A stretch of 64,000 nucleotides of DNA from the human T2T-CHM13v2.0 reference genome, Homo sapiens. Each line of letters begins with the position of its first letter. Positions within the stretch are counted from its first letter, which is position 1. Location of the stretch: the NCBI RefSeq assembly GCF_009914755.1, contig NC_060936.1. One strand, 5' to 3'. A program made the position numbers and the translations under genes. Shown in pieces: positions 57,831 to 64,000 of the stretch. The notes under the pieces are model-generated. The model did no database searches. It worked only from the letters and a program-made list of their open reading frames with translations, and had not been told where the DNA came from.

Positions 57831-59519
57831 TTATACACATTATACAATATAATACTAATTTTAAGCACTAAAAAAGTATCTGATTACTTAAGAGAACCAC
57901 TCCTTCGTAAATTGTTGAGAAAATGTAATTGGAATAAAAATTAATGTTCTGTGCATGAAAAGCAATAAAGGAAGCACTAACAATTCTGCAGAACTACTAC
58001 ATGCTAGGTACTTAATTCTCCCAACGACCTTAAGATGAGGCTACTGTTATTGAAGACACAGGTTTTAGACTTTGCAGCTGATAAAAGAATAAGACAGGAT
58101 TGGTCTCACTCTTGCTTTATCAGTTCAACCAGTTGCAATTTTTACAATTTTAAATTACAGGGATGAATGAATGGTAATATTTTACAAGTTGATAAGCTAT
58201 TTGCAATTGATGATACAAGTTACTTATTAAACAGTCTACAAAAAATGGAAACACAATATTCTGTTTGCCAATTTTTGCCAGACTTTAAAATTAATTACAT
58301 GCAACCGACATGAAGAAATGTGTCTCTCTAAATACCAATTACTGTTCAGGCTCTCAAAATGTTAATTAAAGTAGACGATGAAATCTTAAAAACTAACAGA
58401 AATTATTTTCATTTCTATTTTGATCACTAGCAATTAGGTAAATTATTTTATGAATCCAATAAGGTGACTGCTAAATTCTCTTTCAAGTCTGAGAGTATTT
58501 GAGTTCTGTAAGAATCTCTAAAATGTCTTCTTACATAAACAATTTTCCAAATATTATGGCTAGGAAAGAGTATAAACATAAAGAAGTTTACATTACACAT
58601 AACTTATTTTTTGAACAATTATACTATCTGACTTACCCAAATCAAACTAATTGGAAAATATATTTTATTAGGTGCTGCAAAATGCTTAGAATGTCACCAG
58701 AAGCAATGAGAGGATGTCCAAATACAGTGGTACTGGGAATTCCAGTCCTTGGAGTCTATCATGATAATTTGTCATGCTGTTTTATCTTAAGAGTGGCTCA
58801 AGAAAACGGACTTGCAAGGAAGCCCAAAAGGCAGGTACCTTAGAGAAATCAGATAAGCTTCACAAAAATAAGAAATAATTTCATGAGTTAATAATGAAAC
58901 AGAGAAAATGACAACAAAATTAATAATTCATTGGTCATTATGGGAGAAAATCAGAAAACCAACCACTTATGTTGAAAGCTAGCAAATAAAGGAAGATAAT
59001 TAAGTATTTAACCTGGCTTTCTTATATGATAAGTTCCTCAGAACATCCAAATAGGAGTAGATTCTATTTATTGAATTATCCCAGCTTATGAGTAAAGAAG
59101 ATAAAATAGAATTTAAAAATTATTATTTTGTAGTGCCTTATGAATTAACGGATCTAGACAATAATTGTCAGGGGTTGTTATCATCGTAAAAATAAAGATC
59201 ATACATCATGTGACCCAGTGAAAGCAAACAATGCTACCTATAAAGTGTTCTAGCTAAAACATCAAGCTAAATCTGATCAAGTCTCTCTGTATAATTGTTA
59301 ATGTATGGTAAATAAAGAGGAGAATATATTAAATGACACTATGAAAATGCAGTCAGAAAATACAGACTATGAGAAACTCTGTGAGACAAATGGCCGAATG
59401 TCCTGAACAAATACATTTCAAAAAGGAGGAAGAGAAGGAAAAGAAGAAAGGAAAGCAAAATCATAGGAAATATGGTAGAGTTTACAGAAATGTGTTGCTT
59501 CAATGAGTGGCAAAAACAG

Positions 59520-62529
<3,010 letters not shown>

Positions 62530-64000
62530 TGATCTTATGATTTTTATGCCCTCAAGTCTCCCCTCTCCCTGCTACTTGATCTTTATTTCCAGAAGTGGGA
62601 ATTAGGAACAGAAACGAACACAACAGTCCTCAACACAAAAGCTTCTTTCTTATGAAGACAAAACAAAGCCAGTCAACTAAAACTAAATAAATAAAAGAAA
62701 AAACTAATTCAACAACTTGGTCATTGACAAATTCATCATTTGGCAATTGTTCTGGAGCAGGCACATGGACAGTTTTTTAAGTATATTAAAGGAAAGGAGG
62801 AATGGGGTGGGAGGAAAAGGAAAGGAATGAAGGAAGGAAAAGGAAGGAAAGCACGAGGTCTCAGCCATTTGACGAATATCCATCAAGTGCAAATCCATAC
62901 CCTCAAAATGTGGCAATTATTTATTTCATCCCCTTTATCAAATAGTAATGAGTGACACAATGTTGCCTATGAACAGGAATAAAAAAGAATAAATGGAAAG
63001 GAGGTGGATAGGACCAGTTGCTCACCATGAGCATTTTATTTTTATATCTGAATTTTGAACTATCTAAAACCTAGAAATGTTCAATAGTGGGCTGGTGATA
63101 TGAATGTCAAAAGAGTTGTACTGTTATCTGCAGCCAGTAATCATAAAGTTCCATGCAAATGAACTGCAAGTGAAATAGATCTTGATCATCTCTAGCTGAC
63201 AACATGTGATCCAGTAACTACTTCCGGGTTATACCAGAGTTCATCTTTAAGTTTTTCTTTCTGGTGATACAAAACAACACCCACCAAGGATAACTCAAAT
63301 ATAATCCAGGTAATGAGATTTGGTAATATAGTACATAAGTATTCCATCATTGGAATTGCAATATTTCCCCAACCCAAATACTCCTATTAAACCTACCAGG
63401 GAAGGCTACTGTAAATTTTAAAGGAATAATTTAGTACTTTGCTCTTGATATGTGAAAATTTTCACCTAATTCAGCATGTAATCAACAAATCCAACCAGAG
63501 TCATACCCTATTTGGTAAAATATAATTATCTGAAAAAAAGTTACCATCACAAATTAAAATGTCTTTGCAACTTTAGCAGAGTAAGCATCTTTTAATAACT
63601 CTGGTATCCATTAAAAATTGTCAACAGAAATAAAACAGGTACACTGATAAGAGCATTTAAAAATCCCATGCACAAGCTAACAATTTATAAAGAGCTGTAG
63701 TAATCCTTACTATTACCTTTAATGTATTAAGATACAAAATACATAATTACTGGATTCTTCAAATGATTTAAAGCAATCAATATCATATGTTTTGCTTTTT
63801 TAAAATTATTCCCAAGGTTTGGGGCAGAGGAAACTTTCAGAAGAACACAAACCAATGTTTTATTGTTGGCATAATTTCAAATATTAAGTGCACACATTAA
63901 GCAAGTAGGCTGTGTGCCAAAATTCTGTGTAAATCAGCTGTTCAGAACACAGACAGCATTTAACTCTGCAGCAGCACTACCAATGCAGCATTCATTGCTC

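Noticed and set aside
63960-64000. The -63 kb CTCF boundary motif (GCATTGGTAGTGCTG on minus)
   Set aside because: Only half of the motif matches. The real site probably lies just beyond the window edge.

Overview
Primate (almost certainly human, chr12q15) DNA covering the IFNG-IL26 cytokine locus. Both genes are on the minus strand. The window holds part of IFNG intron 1 (CA microsatellite, +874 site, CTCF-like motif), IFNG exon 1 ([10 protein letters not shown]...LKKYF) and its TATA promoter. About 41 kb of upstream enhancer territory follows, with motif clusters at about -3.6, -4.3, -16, -21, -30 and -39 kb. Next come the IL26 3' UTR, exons 5 and 4, and about 20 kb of the large IL26 intron 3; IL26 exons 1-3 lie beyond the right edge. 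The rest is mostly transposon-derived: about 21 Alus, several L1s, HAL1, L2, MIR, MER33, MER91, a near full-length Tigger2, and MER21, MLT1, THE1 and LTR14B LTRs. Most ORFs in the supplied track are repeat-derived or chance ORFs. I found no convincing new gene system. The most notable sequence-level observations are: a 102-nt near-perfect fold-back at 8224-8325; IFNG regulatory motifs built from transposon insertions; a sense-oriented THE1 LTR with splice donors 320 bp upstream of IL26 exon 4; a templated inverted filler insertion inside Tigger2; and a head-to-head Alu pair 27 bp apart. Repeat subfamily names and literature links are from memory, not from a search.
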